The notes: generated by a model not told the origin, from the sequence alone. Counted from the first letter of the stretch, positions 37,791-53,233 are shown. The stretch: DNA of 64,000 nt from Octopus vulgaris (GCA_951406725.2 OX597822.1:34844001-34908000), one strand, 5' to 3'. Numbers and translations are program-made.

Positions 37791-38582
37791 AAGGCGGTGA
37801 GCTGGCAGAAACGTTAGCACGCCGGGCGAAATGCTTAGTGGTATTTCGTCTGCCGCTACGTTCTGAGTTCAAATTCCACCGTGGTCGACTTTGCCGTTTC
37901 ATCTTTTCGGTGTCGAGTAAATAAGTACAATGTACGCACTGGAGTCGATGTAATCGACTTAATCCCTTTGTCTGTCCTTGTTTGTTCTCTGTGTGTTTAG
38001 CCCCTTGTGGGTAGTAAAGAAATAGGTATTTCGTTTCTCTTTACATTCTGAGTTCAAATTCCCCCGTGGTCGACTTTACCTTCCATCCATTCGGAGTCGA
38101 GTAAATAAGTACCAGTTACGCACTGGAGTCGATGTAATCGACTTAATTCCTTTGTCTGTCCTTGTTTGTTCTCTGTGTGTTTAGCCCCTTGTGGGTAGTA
38201 AAGAAATAGGTATTTCGTTTCTCTTTACATTCTGAGTTCAAATTCCCCCGTGGTCGACTTTACCTTCCATCCATTCGGGGTCGAGTAAATAAGTACCAGT
38301 TACGCACTGGAGTCGATGTAATCGACTTAATCCCTTTGTCTGTCCTTGTTTGTTCTCTGTGTGTTTAGTCCCTTGTGGGCAGTAAAGAAATAGGTATTTC
38401 GTTTCTCTTTACATTCTGAGTTCAAATTCCCCCGTGGTCGACTTTACCTTCCATCCATTCGGAGTCGAGTAAATAAGTACCAGTTACGCACTGGAGTCGA
38501 TATAATCAACTTAATCCCTTTGTCTGTCCTTGTTTGTCCTCTCTGTGTTTAACCCCTTGTGGGTAGTAAAGAAATAGGTATA
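37791..38582 (+). mobile_element. SINE family A tandem tetramer with TSD
   Basis: Head plus four ~183-bp units; TSD TGTTCCGAGT at 37781-37790 and 38583-38592. Confidence 0.92.
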
Positions 38583-39299
38583 TGTTCCGAGTATCTCTGC
38601 TCGGAATTCTAGTGCGGTGGTTTTGTCAAACTGTGACAGTGGCGTTGAATGTCTTGTGCTGTATTTTTCCAACCCTTGGCGTTCTGAGTTCAGATTTTAC
38701 CAAGACTTACGTAGGTAGATTCTTTAATCCCTCGTCCTGCTTAAATCAACGTCTAGCATCTTGAGTGATCGTGTGGTGTCCATTCTGTTGCAACCACCAC
38801 AATGTTCAGTCAATGATGTATGGTTGCTTCTGTTCCCCCATGAAGCTAAGAACTACGCATGCGATGTACAAGCTTGTGATAAGATCCCTCATGCTGGAGA
38901 GACCATAGAATAGATGCAAATCCATCTTTTATGAAAGGTGAAACCGGGATTTCATGAGGCAATCATCCCTACGAAGAAAAAAAGTTACAGAAGCATCGAA
39001 GACAATATAAAACCATCCAACAAAACCTGAAGAAGTTGAAAACAGTGGAGAAAAATCATTGAAACCCTTTGCTCCATACAGAGAAAAGGGTTTAACTGAA
39101 TTGATTTTGTTTAACTATTTTAAACAAGCCTCCGTTTTGGTACTAGCTTCATAACTCTCTCCTACCAACCAGCCTAGGAGGTCAAGTAAAGGATCTTGGG
39201 GAATGCCTTCACTCCTGATTAAAAGATAAAATATTCAGTATAGTAGTGTATTCCTTTCTGAGTGATACCAACTCATAAGAGCTAGTTTCCTTAGCCTAT

Positions 39300-39485
39300 A
39301 TATTTCCCACCTGGATGGGATCACAGTCCGTCACAGGATTACTAGTTTTTCCCAGCTGAGTGGACTGGAACAATTTGAAATGAGGTGTTTTGCTCAAGAA
39401 CACAACGTGTCACCCAGTCCAGGAATCGATACCACAATCTTACGATCAGGAGTCCAGCACCCTAAACACTAAACCACGCACCTCT
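39300..39485 (-). mobile_element. SINE family C-related head
   Basis: GCTCAAGAACACAAC...CCAGGAATCGA...CCTAAACACTAAACCACGC. Confidence 0.7.
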
Positions 39486-39687
39486 ACATTATCGTAGTGA
39501 ACCAGACTTGGATAAAATATCAAATATAATCACTAAAATAAACACAATCAGTGAAATAAATGAAAGAAAAATAAAAGATAGAAGAACCAAGCCACCCGAT
39601 ATTGGTAGCTAAGATATCAGGTATGTCAGTTTGTAGTTGGGAAAGATTTATCATTGTCTCAGAAAAGTTGATTATATTTTCTTAAGT

Positions 39688-40015
39688 GCAGGCGTGACTG
39701 TCTCAATAAACGTTTGCTTCTCAACAACATGCTTCCGTGTCCAGTCTTGGACAGGTGGGTTCTACTCTTGCCGCGAAGTGACAAAAGCTTTGTGACTGGA
39801 TTTAGTATACATCTACATGTGTTTGTGTCTTTGTGTTTATGTGTGTCCCTCTCTAACATTGACAACCAATGCTGGTCAGTTTACATACGGAAACTTACCA
39901 GTTCGGCAAAAGTGATCGATAGAATAAATACCAAGTTTTAAAAAGCAAGCACTCGGGTCTATTCATTTGACTAAAACCCTTGAAAATGGTGCTCCAGCAT
40001 GGCCGCAACCCAATG
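39688..40015 (+). mobile_element. SINE family B, degenerate
   Basis: TTGACAACC...GATCGATAGAATAA...GGTGCTCCAGCATGGCCGCA. Confidence 0.7.
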
Positions 40016-40267
40016 ATTTAATAGTGATTCCGCTATACCTGTTATGTAAATTAGTCTGTTATTTTACTTCTTACGACTATGAAGATAATCATGTTTGTCA
40101 GTTTTGGTAAATTGTTGAGTCTTGATCTTATATCGTCTTCCTATATGGAATTGGTGACGACTGCCACTAAACAATTAATTTCCATCTCCAGAATCAGAGA
40201 TAATTTCAACAAATCAAGAATTAAAATTGTATGCTATTAAATAGTAATTCATTTTGTTTGCAGAAAT

Positions 40268-40305
40268 GCATATATATATATATATATACATACATACATA
40301 CATAC

Positions 40306-40336
<31 letters not shown>

Positions 40337-40471
40337 CATACATACATACATACATACATATGTATATATATATATACATACATACATACATACGTACATA
40401 TGTATATATATATATATATACATACATACATACATACATACATACATACATACGTACATATGTATATATAT

Positions 40472-40504
<33 letters not shown>

Positions 40505-40697
40505 GACATACATACATACATACATATGTATATATATATATACATACATATGTATATATATATATACATACATACATATGTATATATATATACATACATA
40601 CATACATACATATGTATATATATATACACACATATATATATATACACATATATATATACACACACATATATATATATACACACATATATATATATAT

Positions 40698-40752
<55 letters not shown>
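40268..40752. repeat. (TA)/(TACA)n microsatellite
   Basis: Directly visible. Confidence 0.95.
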
Positions 40753-40753
<1 letters not shown>

Positions 40754-41027
40754 TTTAATTAGATTTAAAAGGTGATCTAATACTACTGGTTACATGCTGA
40801 GATTCGGCAATTTTTAACTAGAAACAGGAAACTGAAAACAGGCCTCGTGGTTAGCGACAATTTCCTGAAAGCCATAATGGAGGAATGACATCGGTCTAAA
40901 TTACACCGCAGGGTATGTTATCTCTCAGCAGACCAGTGTTTTTCACTCCTATAAATTCCTTATAAAATTCATACAAATTCACACACCGCACGAACACACA
41001 TTCCCATACGCAGACACATAAGTGTAC

Positions 41028-41161
<134 letters not shown>

Positions 41162-42645
41162 ATGCATTCACGTATATAGTGTTATCTGACGCAACTGAGT
41201 GAATTTTGAAGAGAACCTAAATGATTGAGAAAAAGTTGAATATAATGTTAACCAATTATGTATATTCATTGTGGCTCTACCTTCCATTAATTTCTAATTT
41301 GATATCTGTGTGTCCTTCCTATTCTTTCATTAGCACTAAGCTAAAATTTTCAAACTTTCTTTATCTCTCCCTGTTGAACAACAAGAGAATTCCAGACTCG
41401 GAGTTTTGCTTTCTACAGGAGGTTCCGAGTTCTGTGCTCGGGATTCCAATTCTATCGAAGTCAAATTTCCGTCTTTCGTTCTCTCATTCTTTCAAACCAG
41501 TTTGATAATTTGGGTAAACTGTGAGAATATCGTTGAATGTCTTTTATTTTTTTGCGGCCCCATAGTTGTGAGTTCAAATTCTACCATGACCTACGTAGGA
41601 AGATTCTTTAATCCCTCAGCCTGCTTAAAGTGATCCTTCGATGTTAATTACCTGACACGCATCAAATTTGCTTGTTCAGAAATGCTGATCTGTTTTCAAT
41701 TGAAAGTGATAATCATTCGGGATTAATTATATGAATAGAAATATTTGCACGCACAAGTATATACAGTATGTAAGCGTAGGATTGGCTGTGTGGTAAGTAG
41801 CTTGCTTACGAACCACATGGTTCCGGGTTCAGTCCCACTGCGTTGCACCTTCATGCAGGATTCTTCATACCAACAGCCTGTCGAATACAGTTCAGTCTAC
41901 CCTGTACAAGAAACGGTATTATAAATTTAGATAATATATAAGGCGGCCAAATTTCTAAGCCAGCTATATGTGGGTCTACATAGATGTCTGTATGCATACA
42001 TACTGCTCTGATATACTATTTAGAGGAACTGTATTTAACGGGAGGTTTTATGATCGAGAGTATATCGTAAGAGATTATAGCACTATGTGTTAGCATACCT
42101 TTGAAAGAAAACAGAAAGATTGAACAAAAGGCATTATTCCCCTGAGAATGCACACAGATTTCAATTGAACTTCTATAGAATTTCAGATATTTAGCAAACT
42201 TAAATGTTAACAATTCGTGTTTTGGCCACTCCAAACATCGATACATTTTTACCTGAATAGCTTTTATTTTTTGAAAGATTTAAAGTTAAGATAGCATTTA
42301 CAATAGTTTTATCTGAAAAACTTCACGACAATCGATTAAGATATACTTAATACTTGAAGTTAGGTTTATAAAGGATAGAAACCGAGGGTTTATCAATATC
42401 AATTTTATTCTTGAATGGAGAGTGTTCTATTGTTAGTTTCTATATCTACTGGACTGCTTTCTTTTTATGTTGAATGCAGTGTAATGAATATATTAGCCTC
42501 TGTAAATCTTTTAAACTTAAGGACACTATCCTTTAAAATTAAAGACAAGCACTGATCAGTCACACTGATGTACGCGAGTGTGTATGACGTCAACACTGGT
42601 TCTCTCTCTCTCTTTCTCCCTCTCATTATGTATAATAGATACAGA

Positions 42646-42954
<309 letters not shown>

Positions 42955-44176
42955 TTAAGCAAAACAAAAGAGGTGAGTTTCTTCATAAACAGACTCCTGC
43001 TTTCTTTCGCCTTCTGTATGTACTCTGTGACCTACGCGACTGTAGATTTCAAACAAATTGAACTATAATAGCAATTCTCATAATTTCCCATTTTGATATG
43101 ATGAATACACATGGAATACTGGATACTTCTATTAGTCATGCATCCCCTTGTCCAGGAACCGAGACTACAATGTTATGATGAATGCATCCAACGTCATAAT
43201 CATTAAGTAGGAGCCTCCAAGAATATAGATCTACGCTGGCCTTCCTGGTATCCCATCTCGTGATCGTTCCTGTTTTTTGTTGTGGTAGGGGAGACGTCAC
43301 CTAGTCCTTGATTGCCTTTAGTGACGTCAACATCATTGTAAGCGTTTTGAAGATCTTCGATCTGACATTTTCGTTTTACTGTGTCTTGTCAAGGTGCTCT
43401 TGGCATCTTGTCACAGAAGCTGTTCTTCCTTCTCTGACTAAATCATTGAAATTCCAATTAAAGAAGATGTCTCCCCACGAAAACTCAGCAGTGGATTTCC
43501 GGAAAAATAGGAGTTATGCACCGTAAGACCTGTGCCTTATACGCTCATTTATTTCTAAAGATTTTAGGAATCAAATAAATCGTACCCTGTAATGCCTTGA
43601 TGCAGGTATACAATGACGCAGGTATAATTATGCAATTAATAAAACGCTTCGCAAATACTTGGTTCCGCCAAATCGCTTGATCTCACAGTGCGGTGCCTTA
43701 TGGGAATGTCTTCTATAATAGCAAAACCAAGTTGTTTGGCGGTAACTGTAGAAAACCCACATTCGCATACATATGTATATGCGTGACTGTGTGCGTGAGT
43801 GAGGCGCATGTTGGTGTGCATGCGTGGTTTCCGCTGATATATATTAGATAATTGTGTAAATATCGGCGGAAAAACCAAGGAGAATATAGCCTATGCTTTT
43901 CGGACGTAGTTGGAGATATTCCCTTGTTAATCTCAACGACAAATATTGGTCTGTTGGAAACTAGTAATCAGTGACAGACACAATTTGTTTATTTAGAATT
44001 TTGTTTTAAATCCGTAAATAACTCATAAGCTTTCGATATAACGATAATGTTTTATATTTTAAAACTTACTGCAGAGATCTTTCAATATTCCTCCATTGGC
44101 CTTGAAATTCATATAAATCAACATTAGTAATGCGTGGATTAACTAAAGATCCGCTTATCTTTGTATAATGCGATGA

Positions 44177-44481
44177 TAACCCACAAGGTTATCAACCACC
44201 TCACCAACAACAACACTGAACACCTTTTTGATCTCCATGTGTCTAACACACGTGGACATGCCTACAAAGTCAGAAAACAGCACAGCTCCCATGACTTTCG
44301 GAAACATTTTTTCACGCTCAGGGTTGCTGAAGCGTGGAATAAACTGCCTGTATCAGTTGTTGACTGCCATGACACTGCATCCTTTAAGGCCCTCATGCTT
44401 CCTGAAATCCGTCCAAACTACACCTGATTATATATACACTTTAGATGAGTTGTAGTGCACCTGAGCATTGTACTGTACACA

Positions 44482-44511
<30 letters not shown>
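44177..44511 (+). mobile_element. CR1-type LINE 3' fragment
   Basis: THKVIN...NTRGHAYKVRKQ...RKHFFTLRVAEAWNKLP..VV...SFK is a typical CR1 ORF2 C-terminus; (ATT)n tail. Confidence 0.85.
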
Positions 44512-44512
<1 letters not shown>

Positions 44513-45429
44513 CAAATTTCAATCACTGACGTAAATTCAATGATTAATACAAATTCCTAATGATGGCGTTGTATGAATTCGAGTGTTATGCTTTTGTCAT
44601 TGTGTATATGTTTTGTGTATTGTGTATATGCAAATTGCCAGGCACATGATTTATATTACAAAGAAAGTAAGAGTGATTTCATACACAGTTACAAAATTAA
44701 AGATATAAACTAAATGAAAATAAATGTTTGTAACGTTCGTACCATTCTCCAGGAAGTCAGTAGTTTTAGTTTGTAATATAGATTGGAGCCACCATTGCAA
44801 AACTAGATTCACAGATCCTTTATATAAAATCGTTTACATCTTGTTCAACAGAACTGTGAAGTAACGAATAAATATTATTTATATTACTACAATATATACA
44901 TAAGTAAAAGTAATGCCAACAAATAGCACTATTGACTGAAGAAAATAAAGGATGATAGGTAGTTCATACTTTCCGGAACTATATTAATCATTGCCATATA
45001 ACGAAATTGAAGTACTGCCATCCAGAGTTCGTTATTGAAGAGGCTACTGTTAAATTTGATATCAGCAACTTCAACTAGAAAACGATTTTAATATTGGAAA
45101 GATTTCGATTGCTAACAGTTATATATACACACCGAAAAAAGTTTATCCTATTTTCTAATTGTATTTGATATCCGTGTTAGGTAAAGGTTATAAATTGATT
45201 ATAGTCTAGACTAAGTTATTGACTCAGATAGTTTAGATATTTTATGCCTAAAATGTGTGAGATTCAGTCCAGCAAGTCTTTCTTGAAAATATAAATGTAT
45301 TGAGATTAAATCAATATTCTCTTTCTGAGAGCAATATTAATTTTCTGTCTTTGGAAATATTGAAGCACACACGCAAACGCACACACGCACATTCAAATAT
45401 ATACATGCATACATACATAAACTCACACA

Positions 45430-45641
45430 CGCTACATATATATATATATACATACATATGTATAAACACATATACATATATATATATAAACATATATATA
45501 TATACATATACACACATATATATATACATATATATACACACATACATATATATACACACATATATATATATATATATATACATATATATATACACACACA
45601 CACATATATATATACATACATATATACATATATACACACAC

Positions 45642-45690
<49 letters not shown>

Positions 45691-45723
45691 CATATATATG
45701 TATATACATATATATATACGTAT

Positions 45724-45788
<65 letters not shown>

Positions 45789-45800
45789 CACATACACATA
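45430..45800. repeat. (TA)/(CA) microsatellite
   Basis: Directly visible. Confidence 0.95.
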
Positions 45801-46389
45801 AACTTATATGATGCGAGGTCATTAAACAATGGAATTGAAATGAGATACGAACAAGATTTACGATAGTGTATTTGTTTGATTTTCGCCTGTTACTGAAGTG
45901 GAACTGAAGAAGTAATATTTCATTGAAAAATCTAAAGTTGCGATTGAGTTGAAGAATTTCTATTCACAGAATCACATAAATAAAACCATGCATTTGTATA
46001 ATAATAATTTCAAATTATAATAAATCTATAAAAATTTTTATATTTTTCATAAAAATTCTTTTGCTTTATAAAGGATATCAGAAGCCAGAAATTATAATAG
46101 GGGGATGTTTTTATAGATCTAAGAGCAACCATATTTCAAATCCACAGCCTGGCATTTATCTTGGGAAAATGTCATTTATGATAACAATGTGAATGGAATG
46201 GGATCTACGGAAACTGTGTGGAATACTGTTAAATGAATTGTACACGTATTTCACGGTAAAGCATAGTCACGGGGAAATGCTAAGAATTCTGTCCATGGAA
46301 TGCCCTACCATTTTCTCAGGCTAGCTCAATAAAGAGGTAACTGAGTAGAGCGAATAATTAAGTAACTTTTATCGAAATGAACAGGGGTC

Positions 46390-47300
46390 AAGGTGGTGAG
46401 CTGGCAGAAACGTTAACACGCCTGGCGAAATACATTGTGGTAGTTCGTCTGCTTAGATCTATAAAAACATCCCTCTATTATAATTTCTGGTTTCTGATAT
46501 CCTTTATAAAGCAAAAGAATTTTTATGAAAAATTTGAAATATGGTCTGAGTTCAAATTCCACCGAGGTCGACTTTGCTTTTCATCCTTTCAGGGTCGATA
46601 AATTAAGTACCAGTTACGCACTGGGGTCGATATAATCGATTTAATCCATTTGTCTGTCCTTGTTTCTCCTCTCTATGTTTAGCCCCTTGTGGGTAGTAAA
46701 GAAATAAGTATTTCGTCTGCTGTTACGTTGAGTCCAAAACTCGCCGAGGTCGACTTTACATTTCATCCTTCCGGGATCGATAAATTAAGTACCAATTACG
46801 CACTGGGGTCGATGTAATCGACTTAATCCGTTTGTCTGTCCTTGTTTGGCCCCTCTGTGTTTAGCACTTTGTGGGTAATAAAGAAATAAGAAACGTTAGC
46901 ACACCGGGCAAAATGCTTAGCAGTATTTCGTCTGTCTTTACGTTCTGAGTTCAAATTCCAACGAGGTCGACTTTGCCTTTCATCCTTTCGGGTCGATAAA
47001 TTAAATACCAGTTACCCACTGGGGTCGACGTTATCGACTTAATCCCTTTTGTCCTTGTTTGTCCCCTCTGTGTTTAGCCCCTTGTGATCAATAAAGAAAT
47101 AAGAAAAGCCAGCATGCCGGGCAAAATGCTTAGCAGTATTTCGTCTGTCTTTACGTTCTGAGTTCAAATTCCACCGAGGTCGACTTTGCTTTTCATCTCT
47201 TCTAGGTCGATAAATTAAGTACCAGTTACGTACTTGGGTCGATCTTGTCGACTGGCCCCCTCCCACCAAAATTCAGGCCGTGTGCCTAGAGTAGAAAAGA
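46390..47300 (+). mobile_element. SINE family A tandem array (4 units) with templated insertion in the first head
   Basis: Repeated GGTCGACTTT..CTTTCATC..GTCGATAAATTAA units; the last unit has the alternative tail GGCCCCCTCCC...GTGCCTAGAGTAGAAAAGA. Confidence 0.9.
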
Positions 47301-47391
47301 AATGAACGGGTAGCATCTGAGAAGTTTATAAGTGAAGTTTTTTAAAATGATAGTAACAAAGGCTTCTGAAAAAAAATCCGTTGTGAACAGG

Positions 47392-47965
47392 AGGCGTGGA
47401 TGAGTGGTCAAGTAGCTCACTTTTCATCCACATGGTTAAAGTTCAGGCCCATTGCGCAGCACCTTAGGCGAGTGTCTTCTGTTATATCTATTTGCAAACC
47501 GAAGCCTTCTGAGTGTAATTGATAGACGGAAATTGTGTGAAAGCTTTTTGTGTGTTTCTTTTACTTGTTTCACCGTCATTGGGCTGCGACCATACTGGGG
47601 CACCGTTTTGAAGGATTCAGTCACACAAATCGACCTCAGTATTTTTGAAAGCCTGCTTCTTATTCTATTGTTTTCCTTTGCTAAATCACTAGGTTACAGA
47701 GACGAAAACAAACCAACCCCGGTGTGTTAAACGGTGATGTGGGGAAAGGACAAACACAAAGGTATAGACACACTCATATACTCAAGCAAGCAAGCAAGCA
47801 AACACACACACACACGCACACAAACGTCTTCTACCAGTTTCCGCCTACTAAATTTGCACACAAGACTTTGGTCGGTCCGGGTCTTAGTAAAGTATCTGAC
47901 CCAACGTACCGCGCATTGGGAATGAGCCCAAGCCCATATGATTTGGAAGCAAGCATATCCAGACA
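47392..47965. mobile_element. Two family B SINE remnants (plus-strand head; minus-strand copy)
   Basis: Head at 47392-47550(+); tail-to-head copy at 47558-47965(-). Confidence 0.65.
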
Positions 47966-50429
47966 GGTACTCCTACACTTATATGCATGACAATGCGGGA
48001 ATGTGTGTTTTTGTGTCTGCAAAAGAAACAGGAGGAATATCTACCAAACTTCAAAAATAGATACAGGAATCGATATATACGACTAAAACACTTCAGGGTG
48101 GTGCACACTATCACCACAGTCCAATGACTAAAATCAAATGAATAAAGATGAAAATATGATAACAAATAATATGCGTCCATTTGCCTTAGAACGTATTATG
48201 TGAATATGTAGAAAATATTAATATTCTGAATCCACAAAATCTTTAAAACACAGAATAATGCCTTCCAGATTTTGTTGTGTCTCTTTAGGCTCTGTACTCA
48301 AGTACCATTGAACTCAATTTTGGCTTTCATTTTACCGGAGCGATAAAAATAAATGTAAGTCAAGTCTTGAGTTCGCTATAGTCAACTTCTTCCTCATTCC
48401 AAATGCCAAGGAAAGAATTGAATATTTCAAATAGCAAGGGTGGTGGATTAGCAGAATCGTTAGCATTAAAAGATCTTGTGGTATTTGATTAGAGAAATTT
48501 AAGTTCTAAGTTCAAATCACACGTGGGTCAAGCTTGTGCTTCGTTCTTCCGATGTTTGAAAAATCAAGTATCAGTTACGTACTGGAGACTATATAATCGA
48601 TTGTTAGTCTTATTTATATTTGATAATTGATGCTTAAGTAATAAATAAATAAATACTTAAAAGAGAGTAATCTATTTCGATGAAAGTATTGATGACATCT
48701 CATTGACTACGGAAGACTGTAGCGGAAAAATGCTCCCCTAGTGTTCTACAGAATCTGTTAACCAAATGAAATATAGACTTATACACAATACATAAATGAG
48801 TTACTTAATTTTAGACTACCATACATTATGTGCTGCACAGAAAATGATAATTTTCTTATCATTTGAAACCATAACTATGATGAACAGAATAGCCGTATTC
48901 GTTATGGAAAGACAGAGGAGATAATTTCCTTGTTAAATGCAGAAACGTAAGGATGAGCAGAATGAGACAGTTGGGTGTATGGTTTAGGACATTGGCGATT
49001 TGACAAAGCTGAGTGGACAGAGAGTCAATTTTGGCCATACTTTGGCACTGGATACAAACACACACAAGCACAAACGTACGTGCGTATGCGCAAACGCGCA
49101 CGTAAGGCGTAAACGTGCAGATGGGTGGAGAAAGAGTAGGGAAGAATTGAATACGATTGACAGAAATACTTTCCGTCCCCTTGTGATGAAGGAGAGAGAT
49201 CGAAAGAAACATTAAACTTCTGAAGGCAAATAAGCTGGCGTCGAAACAGCGACGTCAAATACGAAACCAAAATGGGTGTCTTAGCCACAAAAGAGGAAGT
49301 TTGATTTTGAAACATATGGTAAAATTTCGGAGCAAGTTTGTGTATAACTCGAGTTCCTCCAAAATTTGCATTGTTTAAGCGTGTTATTGTGAATCTAATT
49401 ATACAGTCTTCATGTAGATGAAACTTGTGAAGAAATTTTATGCGTCAAAATTTCAGTTCATTAAGAGGATGACCGGTAATGAATTGTTACTGCACTGAAT
49501 CTTTTTCCGGTATTCATTTCCTGCTTTTTACGTTCTCAATTCAAATAACACCCAGATCGACTTTGCCTTTCGCCCTTTTTAAAATTGACTTTTACAATCG
49601 CTGACATTTTTGCTCATTACTTTCATGACTTGAATTCATTAAAAGCTATTTCTGAAATTACAATCTTAAGTTCTGTAGCCGGCGATTAACTGTCATTTCA
49701 TCATGCAGAAAAAAGCCCTTTGAAAATATTCTTGTGTCATAAATTGCATATACATGTACTGCTTAATGTTGTAATCACATAGTATGAAATTGGATTATTA
49801 CTATAATCATATTCCGTTTTAACGACAATTAGTTTTCATAATCATTATCAGACGGCGTACTAGTATTTAATGAAGTTTTCTTATTTGTTTGATTAGATAT
49901 TGTTTTTCCATAGTAACAGATATTTGTTTTCTTAATAACACAATGTAATTAACTTCAACTTATTCCTTATGCACTTTTATGTTCTCCGCCTTCTTGATGG
50001 AGCAGACCATTGATCAAAAGAGTTTCAACTGCAACCACTCGCTCGTTTTGCCTGGATAAAAGGTGTCTACTATTACGCTGTGCATCGCCAGTGTGATTTG
50101 AAGTTTTTGTTTGCTGCCTTTAACAAAGTAGGTGTCCACAGTTACAATTTCATTGTCGCCTTAAACGATCCTCAAATAAAGCTAACTGTACTGAGATTGC
50201 CATGTATTATGAGTTACAGCACGAATACAACAAACTTCTACTCCCCTCTTCCCCTACCCTTTTGATAACAAACCACTCGGAAACGCCCCTGGCTTCGTGA
50301 TACAAACTTTGTTTTAATGTGGTTGAAATAAAAACCGTCAACCCAAATTTTATGTTTGCTTATGTTCCAAGCACCAGTCTAAAAATTCATTTCAAATTTT
50401 TGCTACAAGGGAAGCTTGGTATGAGTAAA

Positions 50430-50756
50430 TTACATCGACCCCTGTGTTCAACTGGTATTTATTTTATCGACCCCGAAAGGATGAAAAGCAAAGTCGACTG
50501 AACCTGAACTCTGAACGTAGTAACGGGTGAAATACCTACTTCTTTACTACCCACATGGGGCTAAACATAGACGGGACAAACAAGGACAGACAAACGAATT
50601 ATGTCGATTATATCAACCCCAGTACGTAACTGGTACTTATTTAATCGACCCTGAAAGGATGAAAAGCAAAGTCGATCTCGGCGGAATTTCAAGTCAGACG
50701 AAATACTGCTAAGCATTTCGCCCGGCGTGCTAACGATTCTACCAGCTCGCCGCCTT
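50430..50756 (-). mobile_element. SINE family A partial dimer
   Basis: ATCGACCCCGAAAGGATGAAA occurs twice; ends CCAGCTCGCCGCCTT. Confidence 0.85.
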
Positions 50757-52857
50757 AAACATCAATTTAATAATAACAATTATAATATAAAATTCTTCAT
50801 TATTTTTAAAACTGATTGAATCAAAGGCATGATATTTCAGCAGATGTATAGTAGTGAAAGGGTAACAAACTGAGTCCCACTAGGAAAATAACATTATTTG
50901 AATGTATAATCGGTTGCTCTCAATACAGGAATGATTTAAAGAGTCTGCCTTAAACATCTAATATTAGTTTCAAATTTTGGCCCAAGGGTAATAATTTAGG
51001 GAGAGGATTAAATCGATTACATAGACCCCAGTAATCGACTGGTACTTATTTCATCGACTCCGAAAGGAGGAAAGGCCAAGTCGATCCCTGTGGCATTTGA
51101 ACGCAGGACGTAAAGACGGACGAAATGCCGATAGGACTGTTAACGATTCTTCCTGCTCACGATCTCGAACTCAAATCTTATAAGTGATAATCAATCAGCT
51201 CTCTAGTAACATTCTTAAATTTTAAATTTACAATGGTTTTCAAATAATACAGAACAGTAATGATTTTATGTCGGGATTTTCGTAGATTTCGATCAGCTTT
51301 GTTTCCGTGGGGTTCGAAGAATTTACTTTGCGCACTCTTACCCACCTACTGCAAAGTCGGAAGTATCGTAGCTTTGCCCATAAACTGGTATTTTATTTTG
51401 TCGATATGTAATATACATTAGCTATGTTCAATCAAAAGTAATTTTATTTCGAGAAGAAATGATGTTGTTTCGCACAGAGTATAACCTATTTAATTTGAGT
51501 TCGAGAAAAGAAGGATGATTCTTGCTCCAGTAAGGTAGATAGATACACGCAAATAACGACTTTTGCGTCAAGATAAGGTTATTTATCTAAAAGAGAAATA
51601 TAAAACCTACTCAATCGACTCCTACATATGATACATACTGTAACGACTGAAAATAAACAAGGAACCAACCTAGCGGGGGGAATTAATTTCTGAATGTGAA
51701 AAATGTAAAAGTTTTAATTAGTTGTTCTATTGCATGTACCACAGCTCCTATAAAGTTTCCCTTTCCTCGAAGTTAGGTGGACTCCTACCACTCCTATAAG
51801 GCATAGCTGATCTATTCTACTCTCCACTAATCACTCATGTTATGTCGATCTCAGGCCTTACACTAATTTCCTTGCACACCCAGTCCTTTTTTTTACCAAA
51901 ACCTCGACCCACCTGCAATTTCCTCCCAACTTGTGTCTTTCCTGCAAAGCGGACCGTGAACAACAAAAAACAATCTACTGTTTGTAAACTAATGATCTCT
52001 GTCATATTGTATGTAAAATCCTCCGCTCTGTGTTACTGGGGCGCATTTCATAGAACATGGAATTACCAAATACATCGATAACCTCAGTAAGATTTGAACT
52101 TAGTAGCGTAAAATTTCAGAGTTAATCCGTTCCGTATCGAATCTCGGATTCTAAATTCTCACTTAACTTCCGTATTGATCCAAAACTGCATTAGATACAT
52201 GAATACCTTAAAATTTCTAAGTAATAATTATTATATAACAAAAGGCATATTGTTTATGAGTAAATCATTGTATGCACCATATTAATAAAATGCTATTATA
52301 TGTCATGGTAGAATAGTGGAAATTGATACAAAGTCTATTATATATATAGTGGGAACTTTGCACGACATACAACAGTTTAAAACACTGAAACTAATTACAT
52401 TAATTCTGTTGTTGTACAAAAACAAAGAGTTAAACCAACATTTGTTTTTGTTTTTGTTTTGTTACTTACCGAGAAGTAAATGTTAAGTAAGTGACATTAG
52501 AGAAATTATTGTAAGATCAAGATATTTAGGAATGGTAAATGGATAATGAAACCAACAAAATATAACTATAAGATGTAATTCAGAACATGTAACAGAAAAC
52601 GCTGAGTGTTTACAAAGCATAAAATCGAACAATAAAAGGAAGGACATTACTTTCTGCTGTGGAAATGCATTTCGTTTATGTCGCAATGAATAAGGCTCTT
52701 GATATATTCCGAGTGGTCTCTGAAACCTAAACTAAATACTTGAACATGATATATATATATATATCATGTATGTATACCGAATAAATATATATATACATTT
52801 ATACAAATATATATATATAAGTTATACATGCATTATATATATTATATATCCATACAT

Positions 52858-52889
<32 letters not shown>

Positions 52890-52922
52890 TGTATGTATAA
52901 ATACATCTATATATATATATAA

Positions 52923-52971
<49 letters not shown>

Positions 52972-53091
52972 CCTGCGTATACATATATAACATGTATGTA
53001 TATGCAATATATATATATAAATGCGTGTGAATAAATATATAAGCATATTTGTATATATGTATGCTTCTATCTCTCTCTCTCTCTCTCTCTC

Positions 53092-53137
<46 letters not shown>

Positions 53138-53194
53138 CCTATATATACAGATATGTACATATACAAATATATACACAAAAACACACATGCGCGC

Positions 53195-53233
<39 letters not shown>

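Noticed and set aside
37791-38582. Regularly spaced repeats resembling a CRISPR array
   Set aside because: Whole ~183-bp units repeat with no unique spacers; this is a eukaryotic SINE concatemer and there are no cas genes.
43060-43530. Possible old minus-strand non-LTR element remnant (..KGNQGLG..)
   Set aside because: Too degenerate to assign without a search.
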